From an uncultured Eubacteriales bacterium (GTDB lineage: Bacteria; Bacillota; Clostridia; Oscillospirales; Oscillospiraceae), in contig CASFJB010000003.1 in the NCBI GenBank assembly GCA_949294945.1, positions 1 to 53,451 on the forward strand: a stretch of DNA of 53,451 nt, given 5' to 3'. Numbering within the stretch: position 1 is the first letter of the stretch; every line of letters starts with the position of its first letter. A program made the position numbers and the translations under genes. Below the pieces are notes generated by a model. The model was given only the letters and a program-made list of their open reading frames with translations. It was not told the DNA's origin and did no database searches. This document shows positions 1-10,759 of this stretch, one piece after another.

Positions 1-478
1 CCAGGTTGGGCTCTATCTCGCTCTTCTTCAGCTTGTCCAGCTTGTTGGCTACCACCACCAGAGCGCAGCCGGAGGCCTTGAACCATTGGGCCATGGTGAC
101 GTCGTCCGCCGTAGGCTTGTGCCTGGCGTCCACGATCATCACCCCCAGGTCGATAAGCCCCGGTTGGGCGAAGAAATCCTCCATCAGCCTGCCCCAGCGC
201 TCTCTCTCGCTCTGGGAGACCTTGGCATAGCCGTAGCCCGGCAGGTCCACAAAATACAGCTTTTCATCTATGCAGAAGTAGTTCACGTGGACCGTCTTGC
301 CGGGGGATGCCCCCACCCTGGCAAAGTTCTTCCGGTTGAGCAGCCGGTTTATCACGGAGGACTTGCCCACATTGGACTTGCCGGCAAAAACCACGCTGGG
401 CATGGAGCTGCGGATAAACTGGGCCGGGGATGCGGCGGATTTTATAAACTCCGCCTTGTTCACGTTCAGTCCCGCCAT
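1..478 (-). CDS. engB: ribosome-biogenesis GTP-binding protein EngB/YsxC; C-terminal end runs off the window
   Basis: Manual minus-strand translation from the ATG at 478 gives MAGLNVNKAEFIKSAASPAQ. It has P-loop GKSNVGKSS, DLPGYGY and an NKLDK G4 motif. It is not in the ORF track because no stop lies in the window. It follows lon, as in the B. subtilis lon-ysxC order. Confidence 0.85.
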   Translation of the reverse strand, partial: MAGLNVNKAEFIKSAASPAQFIRSSMPSVVFAGKSNVGKSSVINRLLNRKNFARVGASPGKTVHVNYFCIDEKLYFVDLPGYGYAKVSQSERERWGRLMEDFFAQPGLIDLGVMIVDARHKPTADDVTMAQWFKASGCALVVVANKLDKLKKSEIEPNL

Positions 479-485
479 AGTCCAC

Positions 486-2876
486 CTACTGTCTCACGGC
501 GCAGCGTTCGCCGCCCAGGATGCCGGGAGCCGTACACAGGGGCAGCTCCTCTTCCCCGCCGCGCACCAGAGCCAGGTTCAGTATATTGTCCACATGCTCC
601 GTAGGCAGGAAGTTAAGCTGCTTTCTCACCAGGGGGTCTATCTTCTCCAGGTCGGGTTCGTTCTCTGCGGGGATGATGACGGTCTTGACTCCGGCTCTCA
701 GGGCCGCCATGGTCTTTTCCCTCAGCCCGCCTATGGCCATTACTCGGCCTCTCAGGGTTATCTCCCCGGTCATGGCAATGTCATGGCGCACCGGTATGCC
801 CGTAAGGGCGGATATCATGGCGATGGTCATGGTGATGCCGGCAGAGGGACCGTCCTTGGGAATGGCCCCTTCCGGGAAGTGGATGTGTATATCCTTTTTC
901 TTATGGAAGTCCGGGTCAATGCCCAGCATATCCGCCCGGCTGCGTATATAGCTTAGCGCGGCCTTGGCGGACTCCTTCATGACCTCTCCCAGGTTGCCGG
1001 TGAGCTCCAGGTGGCCGGAGCCGTCCATAACGGCCACCTCCACATCCAGGACTTCACCGCCCACTGAGGTGTAGGCCAAGCCTCTTACCAGGCCCACCTC
1101 ATCCCGCAGCCGCAGCTCGTCGGCCTTGTATTTGGCGGGACCCAGTACGCTCTCCAGCTGACCGGCCTTCAGGCTAAGGCTCTTGAACTTCTCCTCGGCA
1201 ATGCCGCTGGCGGCCTTGCGGCAGGCGGCGGCGATCTCCCGTTCCAGAAGTCTCACGCCGGACTCCCGGGTGTAGGAGCGTATGATCTCCCGCACTGCGG
1301 CGTCCTCTATGCGCAGCTGGTTTGCTCTCAGCCCGTGCTTTTTCCGCTGCTTGGGTATCAGGTGCTCTTTGGCTATCTGAAGCTTTTCCTCGTCGGTGTA
1401 GCTGTTGAGTTCTATTATCTCCATCCTGTCCAGCAAAGCTCTGGGTATGGTGTCCAGAGAGTTGGCGGTGGTGATGAAGAAAACTTCGGAGAGGTCAAAG
1501 GGAATTTCCAGGAAATTATCTCTGAAGGCGTAGTTCTGCTCCCCGTCGAAGGCCTCCAGAAGGGCGGCGGAGGGGTCGCCCCGGTAGTCGGAAGCCAGCT
1601 TGTCGATCTCGTCCAGGACCATCAGGGGGTTGCAGCTGCCCGCCTGGATGATGCCGCTGATGATGCGGCCGGGCATGGAGCCTATGTAAGTGCGCCGGTG
1701 GCCCCGTATCTCCGCCTCATCGTGGACGCCTCCCAGAGAAATGCGCACCAGCTTGCGGTTGGTGGCCCTGGCTATGCTCTGGGCTATGCTGGTCTTGCCG
1801 GTGCCCGGAGGCCCCACAAGGCAGATAAGGCCGCCCTTTATATCCGGGCTCAGCTGCTTTACCGCCAAATACTCGCAGATGCGCTCCTTAACCTTTTCCA
1901 GGCCGTAGTGCTCATCGTCCAGGATCTTTCTGGCCTTGGCGATGTTTATAGTCTCCTGGGTCTTTTTCCCCCAGGGGATCTCCAGACAGGTGTCCAGATA
2001 GCTGCGGATGACCGCCGCCTCGGAGGAACCGAAGGGCTGCTTGGAAAGTCTGCCCAGCTCCTTGTTCAGGCGGGCTCTTATCTCGTCACCGACAGGGAGG
2101 GCCTCTATCTTGCCGCGGTAGCTCTCAATGTCGTCATCCTCGCCCAGCTCGGCCTGGATGACCTTCATCTCTTCCCGGAGATAGTACTCTCTCTGGTTGT
2201 GGTTCATGGCCTCCTGAGTTGCCTCATTCAGCTCTTTTTCGATGTTCAGCACTTCCAGCTCGGCGCTGAGGAGGCGGCAGAGCAGGGCCAGCCTGCGGCT
2301 GGGGTACAGCTCCTCCAGGACCCGCTGCTTATCCTCCATGGCAAAGTGGACGTTCTGGGCCACATAGTTGGAGACATAGCCGGGCTGGGGATTTGCCAGC
2401 AGGTTCAGCAGCTGCTCGCTTATCATATCCTGATTGAAGTGGATGTATTCCTCAAAGAGGGAGATGCAGTTTCTCAGCAGCGCCTCTTTTCTGGCGGCTC
2501 CCACCCGTTCTTCCTTATCCGGCAGAGGGATTATCTCTGCGGTGTAGCCCTTGGGGTCGCAGTTGATGCCGATGAATTTGGCCCTGTACAGACCCTCCAC
2601 CATCACCCGGCATACGCTGCCTCTGGGCTGGCGCAGTTGCTGGCGGATGCGGCAAACCGTGCCCACCTGGTAGACGTCCTCCTCCTGGGGCATATCTGCG
2701 GTGAGGTTCTTCTGAGTAGAGAGGAAGATGAGCTGTCCATATTTTGCCGCCATGGCAAGAGCGCCCACGGAGGCCTGCCGCTCCACGTCGAAGGTCAGCA
2801 GCATTTCCGGGAATACATGCAGGCCTCTCAGGGCCAGCATTGGCAGGGTCTTGGTTTGAATACTGTTGTCGATCAT
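486..2876 (-). CDS. lon: ATP-dependent Lon protease (LonA type)
   Basis: 796-aa ORF with an N-terminal LON domain, Walker [10 protein letters not shown] and protease serine motif PKDGPSAG. It sits in a tig-clpP-clpX-lon context. Confidence 0.96.
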   Translation of the reverse strand: MIDNSIQTKTLPMLALRGLHVFPEMLLTFDVERQASVGALAMAAKYGQLIFLSTQKNLTADMPQEEDVYQVGTVCRIRQQLRQPRGSVCRVMVEGLYRAKFIGINCDPKGYTAEIIPLPDKEERVGAARKEALLRNCISLFEEYIHFNQDMISEQLLNLLANPQPGYVSNYVAQNVHFAMEDKQRVLEELYPSRRLALLCRLLSAELEVLNIEKELNEATQEAMNHNQREYYLREEMKVIQAELGEDDDIESYRGKIEALPVGDEIRARLNKELGRLSKQPFGSSEAAVIRSYLDTCLEIPWGKKTQETINIAKARKILDDEHYGLEKVKERICEYLAVKQLSPDIKGGLICLVGPPGTGKTSIAQSIARATNRKLVRISLGGVHDEAEIRGHRRTYIGSMPGRIISGIIQAGSCNPLMVLDEIDKLASDYRGDPSAALLEAFDGEQNYAFRDNFLEIPFDLSEVFFITTANSLDTIPRALLDRMEIIELNSYTDEEKLQIAKEHLIPKQRKKHGLRANQLRIEDAAVREIIRSYTRESGVRLLEREIAAACRKAASGIAEEKFKSLSLKAGQLESVLGPAKYKADELRLRDEVGLVRGLAYTSVGGEVLDVEVAVMDGSGHLELTGNLGEVMKESAKAALSYIRSRADMLGIDPDFHKKKDIHIHFPEGAIPKDGPSAGITMTIAMISALTGIPVRHDIAMTGEITLRGRVMAIGGLREKTMAALRAGVKTVIIPAENEPDLEKIDPLVRKQLNFLPTEHVDNILNLALVRGGEEELPLCTAPGILGGERCAVRQ

Positions 2877-2904
2877 GTTATCCTCCTTTCCGGAGATGGG
2901 CCGC

Positions 2905-4155
2905 TCAGCTCCGGCGGTGCTCCACGATGGGCTCTGCGCCCTGGTTCACTGACTGAGCGGTAATGATTATTTTGCTGGCGCTGGCATCGGAGGGCACGGA
3001 ATACATCACGTCGGTCATGACGCCTTCCATGACGCTTCTCAGGCCTCTTGCGCCTATCTTCATTGCAATGGCCTTGTCGGCAATGGCCTCCAGGGCCTCA
3101 TCCTGGTATTCCAGCTCCACGTTGTCCATGGCCATGAGGGAGCGGTATTGCTTGGTCATGGCGTTCTTGGGCTCGGTGAGTATGCGCACCAGATCGTCCC
3201 GGTTGAGACTCTCCAGGCTGGCTACCACCGGCAGGCGGCCGATGAGCTCAGGAATGATGCCGAACTGGAGCAGGTCGTGCTGCTGGACCTGGGCGAATAT
3301 CTCTCCCACGTCCCGGTCGGCCCGGCTGGTGATCTCGGCGCCGAAGCCCATGGTCTTTTTGTCGGTGCGCTTTTCTATTATCTTATCCAGGCCGTCAAAG
3401 GCTCCGCCGCAGATGAACAGGATGTTGGTGGTGTCCACCTGGATGAATTCCTGATGCGGGTGCTTGCGGCCGCCCTGGGGCGGTACGTTTGCCACGGTAC
3501 CCTCCAGCAGCTTCAGCAGCGCCTGCTGCACGCCCTCGCCGGATACGTCCCTGGTGATGGAGGTATTCTCGCTCTTGCGGGCTATCTTGTCGATCTCGTC
3601 GATATAGATGATGCCCTTCTGGGCTCTCTCCACGTCGAAGTCCGCCGCCTGCAGCAGCTTCAGGATCACGTTCTCCACGTCCTCGCCCACGTAGCCCGCC
3701 TCGGTGAGAGTGGTGGCGTCGGCAATGGCAAAGGGCACATCCAGCATCTTGGCCATAGTCTGGGCGAAAAGGGTCTTGCCGCTGCCGGTGGGGCCGATGA
3801 GCAGTATGTTGCTCTTTTGCAGCTCCACCTCGTCCTCCACAGGATGGAGGATGCGCTTATAGTGGTTGTATACCGCCACGGACAGCACCTTTTTCGCTCT
3901 GTCCTGGCCGATGACATAGTCGTCCAGCCTGGCCTTTATCTGCATGGGCTTAGGGAGCTTGGCGAACTCCAGGGGCAGCCCGTCATAGCCGGTGAGCTGG
4001 GAAGTTTCCTCGGCCTCCCCCACAATACTGGCGCACATGCGCACGCACTCGTCGCAGATATAGCAGTTGTTGCCCGCTATCATCCGCTCCACCAGGGACT
4101 GGGGCTTGCCGCAAAAAGAGCATCTTATGCTTCTTCTGTCTTCATTTCTAGCCAT
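2905..4155 (-). CDS. clpX: ATP-dependent Clp protease ATP-binding subunit ClpX
   Basis: 416 aa with zinc ribbon CSFCGK...CDEC and Walker A GPTGSGKT. The length and context are typical. Confidence 0.97.
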   Translation of the reverse strand: MARNEDRRSIRCSFCGKPQSLVERMIAGNNCYICDECVRMCASIVGEAEETSQLTGYDGLPLEFAKLPKPMQIKARLDDYVIGQDRAKKVLSVAVYNHYKRILHPVEDEVELQKSNILLIGPTGSGKTLFAQTMAKMLDVPFAIADATTLTEAGYVGEDVENVILKLLQAADFDVERAQKGIIYIDEIDKIARKSENTSITRDVSGEGVQQALLKLLEGTVANVPPQGGRKHPHQEFIQVDTTNILFICGGAFDGLDKIIEKRTDKKTMGFGAEITSRADRDVGEIFAQVQQHDLLQFGIIPELIGRLPVVASLESLNRDDLVRILTEPKNAMTKQYRSLMAMDNVELEYQDEALEAIADKAIAMKIGARGLRSVMEGVMTDVMYSVPSDASASKIIITAQSVNQGAEPIVEHRRS

Positions 4156-4209
4156 ATGTTATCCCCTCTTAAAAGTATGGGGGAACTGCCGTTCCCCCAT
4201 AAGAAAGTA

Positions 4210-4791
4210 TCAACGCTTGTAGATGACCTTATCTATGAGTCCGTAGTCCTTGGCTTCCTCTGCGGTCATAAAGTGGTCACGCTCGCAGTCCCGCTCGATC
4301 TCCTCCACGCTCTTTCCCGTGTTTTCGGACAGGATGGCGTTGAGTTTCTTCTTGATCTTCAGGATCTGCTCTGCCTGGATCTGGATATCGGTGCACTGGC
4401 CCTGGCTGCCGCCGGAGGGCTGGTGGATCATTATCTCCGCGTTGGGCAGAGCAATGCGCTTGCCCTTGGCCCCTGAGGACAGGAGGAAGGCGCCCATAGA
4501 AGCGGCCATACCTATGCAGATGGTGGACACATCCGGCTTTATATACTGCATAGTGTCGTATATAGCCAGACCGGAGGTGACGCTGCCGCCGGGGCTGTTG
4601 ATGTAGAACTGTATGTCCTTATCCGGGTCCTGGGCTTCCAGATAGAGAAGCTGGGCCACCACAAGGCTTGCGGTGGTGTCGTTGACCTCTTCCGACAGCA
4701 TGACGATGCGGTCGTTAAGCAGTCTTGAGAAAATGTCGTAAGAGCGCTCGCCTCTGCTGGTCTGCTCTACAACATAAGGAACTAAACTCAT
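4210..4791 (-). CDS. clpP: ATP-dependent Clp protease proteolytic subunit ClpP
   Basis: Catalytic motifs [11 protein letters not shown] and MIHQP are present. The ATG at 4791 (MSLVPYV) is preceded by GGAAGGAGAG. The track start at 4812 is a TTG inside that RBS. Confidence 0.95.
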   Translation of the reverse strand: MSLVPYVVEQTSRGERSYDIFSRLLNDRIVMLSEEVNDTTASLVVAQLLYLEAQDPDKDIQFYINSPGGSVTSGLAIYDTMQYIKPDVSTICIGMAASMGAFLLSSGAKGKRIALPNAEIMIHQPSGGSQGQCTDIQIQAEQILKIKKKLNAILSENTGKSVEEIERDCERDHFMTAEEAKDYGLIDKVIYKR

Positions 4792-4852
4792 TGTATTAAA
4801 CTCTCCTTCCAAATATCAGCATCCAAGAGAGCATATCCTTATCGGCGGAAAA

Positions 4853-6145
4853 TTATTCAGCCTTGTCCTGGGCTTCTTCCACCACGGCGCTGTCTATGAT
4901 AATGTTGGTGGCACGCTCTTTCTTCAGCTCGTCCTGGATGAACTCCTTGCTGAAGTAGTTCTTCATGTCCTCAGCCTTGGCGCCAATGCCCTCGGCCACC
5001 TTATTGATGTACTCCTCGGTGTCCTCCTGGGTGACTTCCATGTTCTCGGCCTTCACCACAGCCTCCAGGAGCAGCTCGGTCTTGACCTGCATCTCGGCGG
5101 AGGGACGGATGGCGGCGGCGTCAACGCCCATCATCTTCAGCAGGTCCTCCAGGGAGGTGTTCCTGTCGGTGAAGCCGAAGTTGGCGGCGTAGTTGCGAAC
5201 GATCTCCTCCAGCTTGTCGTCGATCATGACGGCGGGGATATCCACGGTCATGTTCTCGCAGGCCTTGCGGATGATCTCGGAGCGGAACTTATTGTCGGCC
5301 ATCTCCTGCTGCTGCTTTTCCTGCTTTGCACGGATGTCGGCCTTGTACTCGTCCAGGGTATCGAACTCGGAGACGTCCTTGGCAAACTCGTCGTCCAGCT
5401 CAGGCAGCTCCTTGGCGGAGAGGCTGTTGAGCTTTACCTTGAATACCACAGCCTTGCCGGCCAGGTCGGCAACGTAGTCCTGAGGGAAGGTGATGTTCAC
5501 GTCCTTCTCCTCGCCTATCTTCATGCCCACGACCTGCTCCTCGAAGCCGGGAACGAAGGAGCCGGAGCCCAGCTCCAGGTCATAACCCTCGGCCTTGCCT
5601 CCATCGAAGCGCTCGCCGTCCAGATAGCCGTCGAAGTCGATGTTGGCGGTGTCGCCCATCTGGGCCTCCCGGTCATCCACGGTGAGGATACGGGCGCTGC
5701 GCTTGCGGGCAGCCTCCAGCTCCTTGTCCACGTCCTCGTCGCTGACCTTGACCTCATCTTTCTGGGCGCTGAGGCCCTTGTACTGGCCCAGAGTGACCTC
5801 AGGGTAGAGGGTGACTTCAAAGGTGTATTCCACGGTGCGCTCCTCGGTGACCTTCACGTCGGAGATGGAGGGAGCGCCAACTATACGCAGCTGGGACTCC
5901 TTCAGGCCCTGGTCGAAGGCCTTGGGGGCCAACTCGTCCATAGCGTCCTGATAGAATACCTCATGGCCGTACATGCCTTCAACAACTGCACGGGGGGCCT
6001 TGCCCTTGCGGAAACCGGGGATATATATAGAGCTCTTGCTCTTCAGGTAAGCGCCGTTGACTGCTGCTTCAAACTCGGCGGCGTCGGTCTCCACCTGAAA
6101 AGTAGCGGTATTATTCTCTTTTTTCTCAACATTCTTGACTGTCAT
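4853..6145 (-). CDS. tig: trigger factor (ribosome-associated PPIase chaperone)
   Basis: 430 aa with the GFRKGKAP ribosome-binding signature and an FKBP-like central region. It lies upstream of clpP-clpX. Confidence 0.95.
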   Translation of the reverse strand: MTVKNVEKKENNTATFQVETDAAEFEAAVNGAYLKSKSSIYIPGFRKGKAPRAVVEGMYGHEVFYQDAMDELAPKAFDQGLKESQLRIVGAPSISDVKVTEERTVEYTFEVTLYPEVTLGQYKGLSAQKDEVKVSDEDVDKELEAARKRSARILTVDDREAQMGDTANIDFDGYLDGERFDGGKAEGYDLELGSGSFVPGFEEQVVGMKIGEEKDVNITFPQDYVADLAGKAVVFKVKLNSLSAKELPELDDEFAKDVSEFDTLDEYKADIRAKQEKQQQEMADNKFRSEIIRKACENMTVDIPAVMIDDKLEEIVRNYAANFGFTDRNTSLEDLLKMMGVDAAAIRPSAEMQVKTELLLEAVVKAENMEVTQEDTEEYINKVAEGIGAKAEDMKNYFSKEFIQDELKKERATNIIIDSAVVEEAQDKAE

Positions 6146-6241
6146 GTTTCTTTCCTCCTATATATGTGTCTGCACGCACTGTAGAATAATAACAGATATC
6201 AGCTGTAAAATCAATGACAAATTAATGAATTTGCGCTTTTT

Positions 6242-6931
6242 CTAGTCCATAAGTTTCACCGGGTTAAAGTCCAGATAGTCCGCCGACACAAGCTTGAATT
6301 CCGTGCCGTCCCTCCAGCCCTTGAAAGCGGCGGAGCAGCCCCGGCCGTGGATATGTCCGTAGCAGCAGAGCCGCACCTGGTGCTCCTTCAAAAGCTCCAG
6401 TATTTCCGGGCAGCTGTAGTGGAGATACAGCGGCGGATAGTGTAGAAAGACCAGCTTCTCTTTGTCCCCGGCGGCCTTCAGGGAGGCCTCCAGGCGCATG
6501 ATCTCCCGGCGCATTATCTTCTTGTCGTGTTCTCCGCCCTTTTCCTCCTCGTAGAACCAGCCCCTGGTGCCGCAGATGGCAAAGCCCTTGTAATCAAAAC
6601 AGTTGTTGTAGAGTATATCTATGCTGTCTATGCCGTTTTCCCCAAAAAAGCGCCGGGCCTTTGCGGCCGTGCTCCACCAGTAGTCGTGGTTGCCTTTCAG
6701 GATTATCTTTTTCCCCGGCAGAGAATTTATAAAGAGGAAATCCTCCCGGCACTCCTCAATCCCCATGCCCCAGCTGATATCCCCGCAGATGACGCAGGTA
6801 TCATCCGGCCCTAAGGAAGCAAAGCCCTTTTTCAGTTTTTCGGCGTGGTTCTCCCATTTGTCTCCGAAGATGTCCATGGGCTTGCTGCTGCCCAGAGACA
6901 GATGGGTATCGCCTATTGCGTAGAGCGCCAT
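6242..6931 (-). CDS. calcineurin-like metallophosphoesterase
   Basis: Metal-ligand motifs occur in the canonical order: GDTHLS, GDISWG, GNHDYWW, GHIHG. Confidence 0.8.
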   Translation of the reverse strand: MALYAIGDTHLSLGSSKPMDIFGDKWENHAEKLKKGFASLGPDDTCVICGDISWGMGIEECREDFLFINSLPGKKIILKGNHDYWWSTAAKARRFFGENGIDSIDILYNNCFDYKGFAICGTRGWFYEEEKGGEHDKKIMRREIMRLEASLKAAGDKEKLVFLHYPPLYLHYSCPEILELLKEHQVRLCCYGHIHGRGCSAAFKGWRDGTEFKLVSADYLDFNPVKLMD

Positions 6932-7005
6932 AGAATCCGTCCTTAGAATAAATAAAGTCGAAGCTCAAATACTAACAGAGCAATTCAATTATTGGAGGCA
7001 TAAAA

Positions 7006-7182
7006 ATGAGCGACAAGAGAACATCCGGCACCAATCCCGGCGTAGGCTGCGACGTGACAAACTGCAAGTACAACACTGTGGACTGCAAATGCAGCGCCGC
7101 CAGGATCAGCGTCCAGAACGAAAAGGCCAGCACCAAGGGTGAGACCTATTGCTCCACCTTCTGTCCCAGAGGCACTTGCTGA
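7006..7182 (+). CDS. small cysteine-rich DUF1540-like protein (58 aa)
   Basis: Manual translation gives MSDKRTSGTNPGVGCDVTNCKYNTVDCKCSAARISVQNEKASTKGETYCSTFCPRGTC. A GGAGG RBS at 6995-6999 precedes it. The ORF is below the track length cutoff. The C-x4-C ... C-x-C ... C-x3-C pattern matches the DUF1540 layout as I recall it. Confidence 0.65.
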   Translation: MSDKRTSGTNPGVGCDVTNCKYNTVDCKCSAARISVQNEKASTKGETYCSTFCPRGTC

Positions 7183-7216
7183 ATCCGCCCCGGCCCGGCC
7201 GGGGATACATAGCCTG

Positions 7217-7579
7217 TCATTGGAAGGCGTCCTGTATATGGTTTATCTCTATCCTCCGGCTCTTCTCTCCCGCCGGAGCGTAGAGCTCTATCACATCGAA
7301 GCGGGGCTGAAGGCCCGTGTCATGGCAGCTGAGCCAGAGCTCTGCCGCAGTGATTATACGCCGCTGTTTTCCCCTGTCTACAAATTCTCTGGCCTGGGCA
7401 AAGTCCGCATCTTTTCTCAGCTTGACCTCCGCAAAAACCAGATATCCGCCCCGGCTGGCGATGATGTCTATCTCTCCGAAGCGGCAGGAGAAATTCCTCT
7501 CCAGTATCTTGTAGCCTCTGCGCCGGAGATAGTTTGCGGCCCTGTCCTCTCCCCAGCTTCCCAGACTCTTTCTGTCCAT
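7217..7579 (-). CDS. yraN: YraN family (UPF0102) endonuclease-like protein
   Basis: 120 aa with GEDRAANYLRRRGYKILERNF, GEIDIIA and FAEVK. It lies downstream of rnhB, as in many Firmicutes. Confidence 0.85.
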   Translation of the reverse strand: MDRKSLGSWGEDRAANYLRRRGYKILERNFSCRFGEIDIIASRGGYLVFAEVKLRKDADFAQAREFVDRGKQRRIITAAELWLSCHDTGLQPRFDVIELYAPAGEKSRRIEINHIQDAFQ

Positions 7580-8178
7580 CAGTGCATCTTCCTCAGAAAG
7601 CTCATACGGTGGATGGGACTGGGTCCGTATTCCCGCAAAGCTTCATAATGGAGCTTTGTGCCGTAGCCCTTGTGCTGCCGAAAATGATACTGGGGGTACA
7701 GTTCATCCATTTCCAGCATATAGCGGTCACGGCTGACCTTTGCCAACACCGAGGCCGCCGCAATGTCGGCGCATAATGAATCCCCTTTCACCACACAGCG
7801 GCTGGCAAGCTCTATTCCCACGTTCCTGTTGCCGTCAATGAGGGCCAGCTCAGGCTGGGGTACGAGCTGGGCAATGGCCCGGTTCATGGCCAGGAAGGTG
7901 GCCCCCAGGATGTTCAGCTCCTCTATCTCCTCTACGCTGGCAAAGGCGACGGCAAAGCTCAAAGCGGCGGCTTTTATTGGCTCAAACAGTTCCTCCCGCT
8001 TTTTCTCCGTCAGCTTCTTGGAGTCATTGAGGCCGGGTATCTCCAGGCCCCGGGGCAATATTACTGCGGCGGCGCAGACCGGCCCGGCCAGGGGTCCCCG
8101 GCCCGCCTCGTCCACGCCGCAGATAAGCTCATAGCCCTGAGCATATATCCCGTTTTCCAGTTCCCACAGATCAGTCAT
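7579..8178 (-). CDS. rnhB: ribonuclease HII
   Basis: 199 aa with the DEAGRGPLAGPV active-site motif, in an rbgA-rnhB arrangement. Confidence 0.93.
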   Translation of the reverse strand: MTDLWELENGIYAQGYELICGVDEAGRGPLAGPVCAAAVILPRGLEIPGLNDSKKLTEKKREELFEPIKAAALSFAVAFASVEEIEELNILGATFLAMNRAIAQLVPQPELALIDGNRNVGIELASRCVVKGDSLCADIAAASVLAKVSRDRYMLEMDELYPQYHFRQHKGYGTKLHYEALREYGPSPIHRMSFLRKMH

Positions 8179-9052
8179 TTGGAGCCTCCAGACTGAGCCT
8201 GCCCAGCTTGCCCTCGTGGTATTCCCCCAGGAGGGTGTTGGCCATGCGCTCTATGTCGTATTCCCCTTTGGAGACAAGAAATCCCCGTTTTTTTGCCGCC
8301 TGTTCCAAAAGCTCAAAGCCGTTCATATCCGGGTCCGGAGCAAACTTGTAGCGCTCCTCTATGGCCTTGGGATACATCTCCCTCAGGCGCAGCATGAAGT
8401 TTGCCCCCAGGGTCTCCTTGTCCAGCACATCGGCCTTGATGGCGTTGGTGATGGCCAGCATCTCCCCCACCTCCTGGCTGTCAAAACGTGGCCAGAGTAT
8501 GCCGGGGGTGTCCAGCAGGTCAAGACCGGAGTCAATATTTATCCACTGCTTACCTCTTGTGACTCCGGGCCTGTCTCCGGCTATGGCAGCCTTGCGTCCG
8601 GCCACCTTGTTTATGAAAGTGGACTTGCCCACATTGGGTATGCCCAGTATCATCACCCGAAGGGTACGGCCAACCTGGCCCTTGCTCTCGTAGTCTCTCA
8701 GCTTTTCCGCCAGCAGACGACGCACGGCAGGGGCAAAGCCGCCGACGCCCTTACCGCTTTTGGCGTCGGTCTCCAAAACGGCGAAGCCCTTGGCCTCGTA
8801 ATATCTCTTCCATCTTGCGGTTATTGCCGGGTCCGCCAGGTCGATGCGGTTGAGGATGATGAGCCGGGGCTTGTCTCCCGCCAGACGGTCAATGTCCGGG
8901 TTCCGGCTGGCCCTGGGTATGCGGGCGTCCAGAAGCTCGCACACGGCGTCCACCATTTTCAGGTTCTCCTCAATCATGCGCTGGGCTTTGGTCATGTGGC
9001 CCGGGAACCACTGGATGTTCATTTTCTCGTACATATCTTTTCCCTGCGTCAC
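8171..9052 (-). CDS. rbgA: ribosome biogenesis GTPase A (YlqF/RbgA)
   Basis: Shows IQWFPGHMTKA, a circularly permuted GTPase (NRIDL before NVGKST) and DTPG. The true start may be MNIQWFPGHM at 9022. Confidence 0.92.
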   Translation of the reverse strand: MTQGKDMYEKMNIQWFPGHMTKAQRMIEENLKMVDAVCELLDARIPRASRNPDIDRLAGDKPRLIILNRIDLADPAITARWKRYYEAKGFAVLETDAKSGKGVGGFAPAVRRLLAEKLRDYESKGQVGRTLRVMILGIPNVGKSTFINKVAGRKAAIAGDRPGVTRGKQWINIDSGLDLLDTPGILWPRFDSQEVGEMLAITNAIKADVLDKETLGANFMLRLREMYPKAIEERYKFAPDPDMNGFELLEQAAKKRGFLVSKGEYDIERMANTLLGEYHEGKLGRLSLEAPND

Positions 9053-9639
9053 TCTATACTTCTCATCTGGGACAGGGGGTAGACCACGAAGTAGGCCTTG
9101 CCCAGAATAAGGCGGCTGTCCACCATGCCGATCTCCTTCTTGCGGCTGTCGGTGGAAGCGTTGCGGTTATCTCCCATCACAAAGACGCAGCCCTCCGGCA
9201 CAGTCTGGGGTCCGATGAAATCTATCTTGTTGGTGGTAGGCTCCATGATGTAGTCCTCCTGGATAGCCTCGCCATCCACATAGACGATGCCGTTGTCAAA
9301 GTCTATGTTTATCACCTGGCCCTCAGTGGCGATTACCCGCTTCACCAGAGCCCGCTCCGGGTCGTATTCGTCCTTTTTGAACACCACCACGTCCCCGGCC
9401 TTGGGGGAATAGAACAGGCCGGACACCAGCATCTTATCGCCGTTATTGAGGGTGGGGTTCATGGAGGTGCCCCTCACGTCGATAAGTCTGACAAAGAAGG
9501 CAAAGATCACCACGCAGATTATCAGGGCGATACTCAGGCAGTGTATCCAGTCGTATATCTCCCTGCGGGACTTCTCTCCAAAGGAGAGTTCCGGCAGGCT
9601 TTCCTGTTTCTTTGTATGTTTGCTCATTTCGATCTCCAT
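9049..9639 (-). CDS. lepB: signal peptidase I
   Basis: 196 aa with an N-terminal TM segment, catalytic Ser box GTSMNPTL and GDNRNASTDSR. Confidence 0.92.
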   Translation of the reverse strand: MEIEMSKHTKKQESLPELSFGEKSRREIYDWIHCLSIALIICVVIFAFFVRLIDVRGTSMNPTLNNGDKMLVSGLFYSPKAGDVVVFKKDEYDPERALVKRVIATEGQVINIDFDNGIVYVDGEAIQEDYIMEPTTNKIDFIGPQTVPEGCVFVMGDNRNASTDSRKKEIGMVDSRLILGKAYFVVYPLSQMRSIE

Positions 9640-9703
9640 TCATCATAAAGATTCATAGTATTATACACCTGGAAGCTATAATTAAGCAACTGTTTTTCTC
9701 CCC

Positions 9704-9733
9704 TTGAAAGCCTGACCTCAACTATGGTATGAT
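9704..9733 (+). promoter_or_regulatory. candidate sigma-A promoter for the glycan cluster (TTGAAA-18-TATGAT)
   Basis: TTGAAA lies at 9704-9709 and TATGAT at 9728-9733, with a TG two bases upstream. A GAGGTG RBS precedes the ATG at 9760. Confidence 0.45.
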
Positions 9734-9759
9734 GTTAAGCAATGATTTGAGGTGAAAAC

Positions 9760-10746
9760 ATGCCAAAGCTCAGCATCGTTATACCGGTATATAACGTGGA
9801 AAAATACCTGGCCAAATGCCTGGATTCAGTGATATATCCCGGCCTGAAGGACTATGAGATAGTCGTAGTAAATGACGGCTCCACCGACTCCTCCCTCTCT
9901 GTTGCGGAGGACTATGCCCATCGCCATCCCGCCCTCGTCCGGGTCATAAGCACGGAGAACGGCGGTCTGGGCGCCGCCAGAAACGTGGGGATGGAGGCGG
10001 CCCGGGGCGAATTTCTGCTGTTTCTGGACAGTGACGACCATCTCCGGGAAGGGGCCCTACCAGAGATAATGGGAAAACTGAAAGAGGATTTCGACATCTG
10101 CCTTTTTGACATCCTCTCGGTAACCGAGGATGGCACCGTCCTGGACGATATACCTCGCTGCGGCAGGCAGGGTCCCTTGTCCCTGGCCGCCTATCCCCGG
10201 TTGCTGCTGTGTCCCCCCTCCGCCTGCAGCAAGCTCTGCCGCCGCAGTCTCTTTATGGACAGCGGCCTGCGCTTTACCAGCCGGGTCTGGTATGAGGACA
10301 TGCGCACCATGCCGAAACTCTATCTGCATACAGACAAGATCACGGCCACGGACAGGCAGTGGTACATCTACGTCCAGCGCAGCGGCTCCATCACCCGCTC
10401 GGCAAATCTGGAGCGCAACCTGGAGATAATAGATGCTATGGATGACCTGAGCGGATATTATAAATCCAAAGGCAAATATAAAGAATACCGAAACGAGCTT
10501 GAGTATCTGGCCTTTTATAACCAGTTTCTCACCGCCGTGGTTCGCATCTGTCTTGCGGAGCCTGCAAACCCCGTGGCGGATAAGCTGCGGTCCGATTTTC
10601 TCGGCAAGTATCCGGACTTTCTCAAAAATCCTTATGTAAGGGAAATGCCCTTTAAATACCGGCTTCTGACCCGGCTCATTCTCCGCCGCCGCTACCGGAC
10701 GGTAGGACTTATAATGGGCCTCAACGAGCGCGTCAAGGGCAAGTGA
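9760..10746 (+). CDS. family 2 glycosyltransferase
   Basis: MPKLSIVIPVYNVEKYL, NDGSTD and DSDD motifs of the GT-A fold GT2 family. It is a paralog of the next gene. Confidence 0.88.
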   Translation: MPKLSIVIPVYNVEKYLAKCLDSVIYPGLKDYEIVVVNDGSTDSSLSVAEDYAHRHPALVRVISTENGGLGAARNVGMEAARGEFLLFLDSDDHLREGALPEIMGKLKEDFDICLFDILSVTEDGTVLDDIPRCGRQGPLSLAAYPRLLLCPPSACSKLCRRSLFMDSGLRFTSRVWYEDMRTMPKLYLHTDKITATDRQWYIYVQRSGSITRSANLERNLEIIDAMDDLSGYYKSKGKYKEYRNELEYLAFYNQFLTAVVRICLAEPANPVADKLRSDFLGKYPDFLKNPYVREMPFKYRLLTRLILRRRYRTVGLIMGLNERVKGK

Positions 10747-10759
10747 AAGGAGGGGCAGT

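Noticed and set aside
1335-2963. 542-aa plus-strand ORF opposite lon. Similar long antisense ORFs occur at 3148-4476, 15972-17084, 19566-21317, 39937-41115 and 43398-45089.
   Set aside because: These are shadow ORFs typical of GC-rich DNA. They lie exactly antisense to genes with unmistakable motifs, and their translations are low-complexity (Gly/Ala/Leu/Arg-rich) with no recognisable domains or RBS.
7183-7216. GC hairpin CCCCGGCC/GGCCGGGG between the convergent DUF1540 and yraN genes, as a confident terminator.
   Set aside because: The stem is only 8 bp with an essentially one-base loop, and there is no U-tract on either strand. That is too weak to annotate as a feature.
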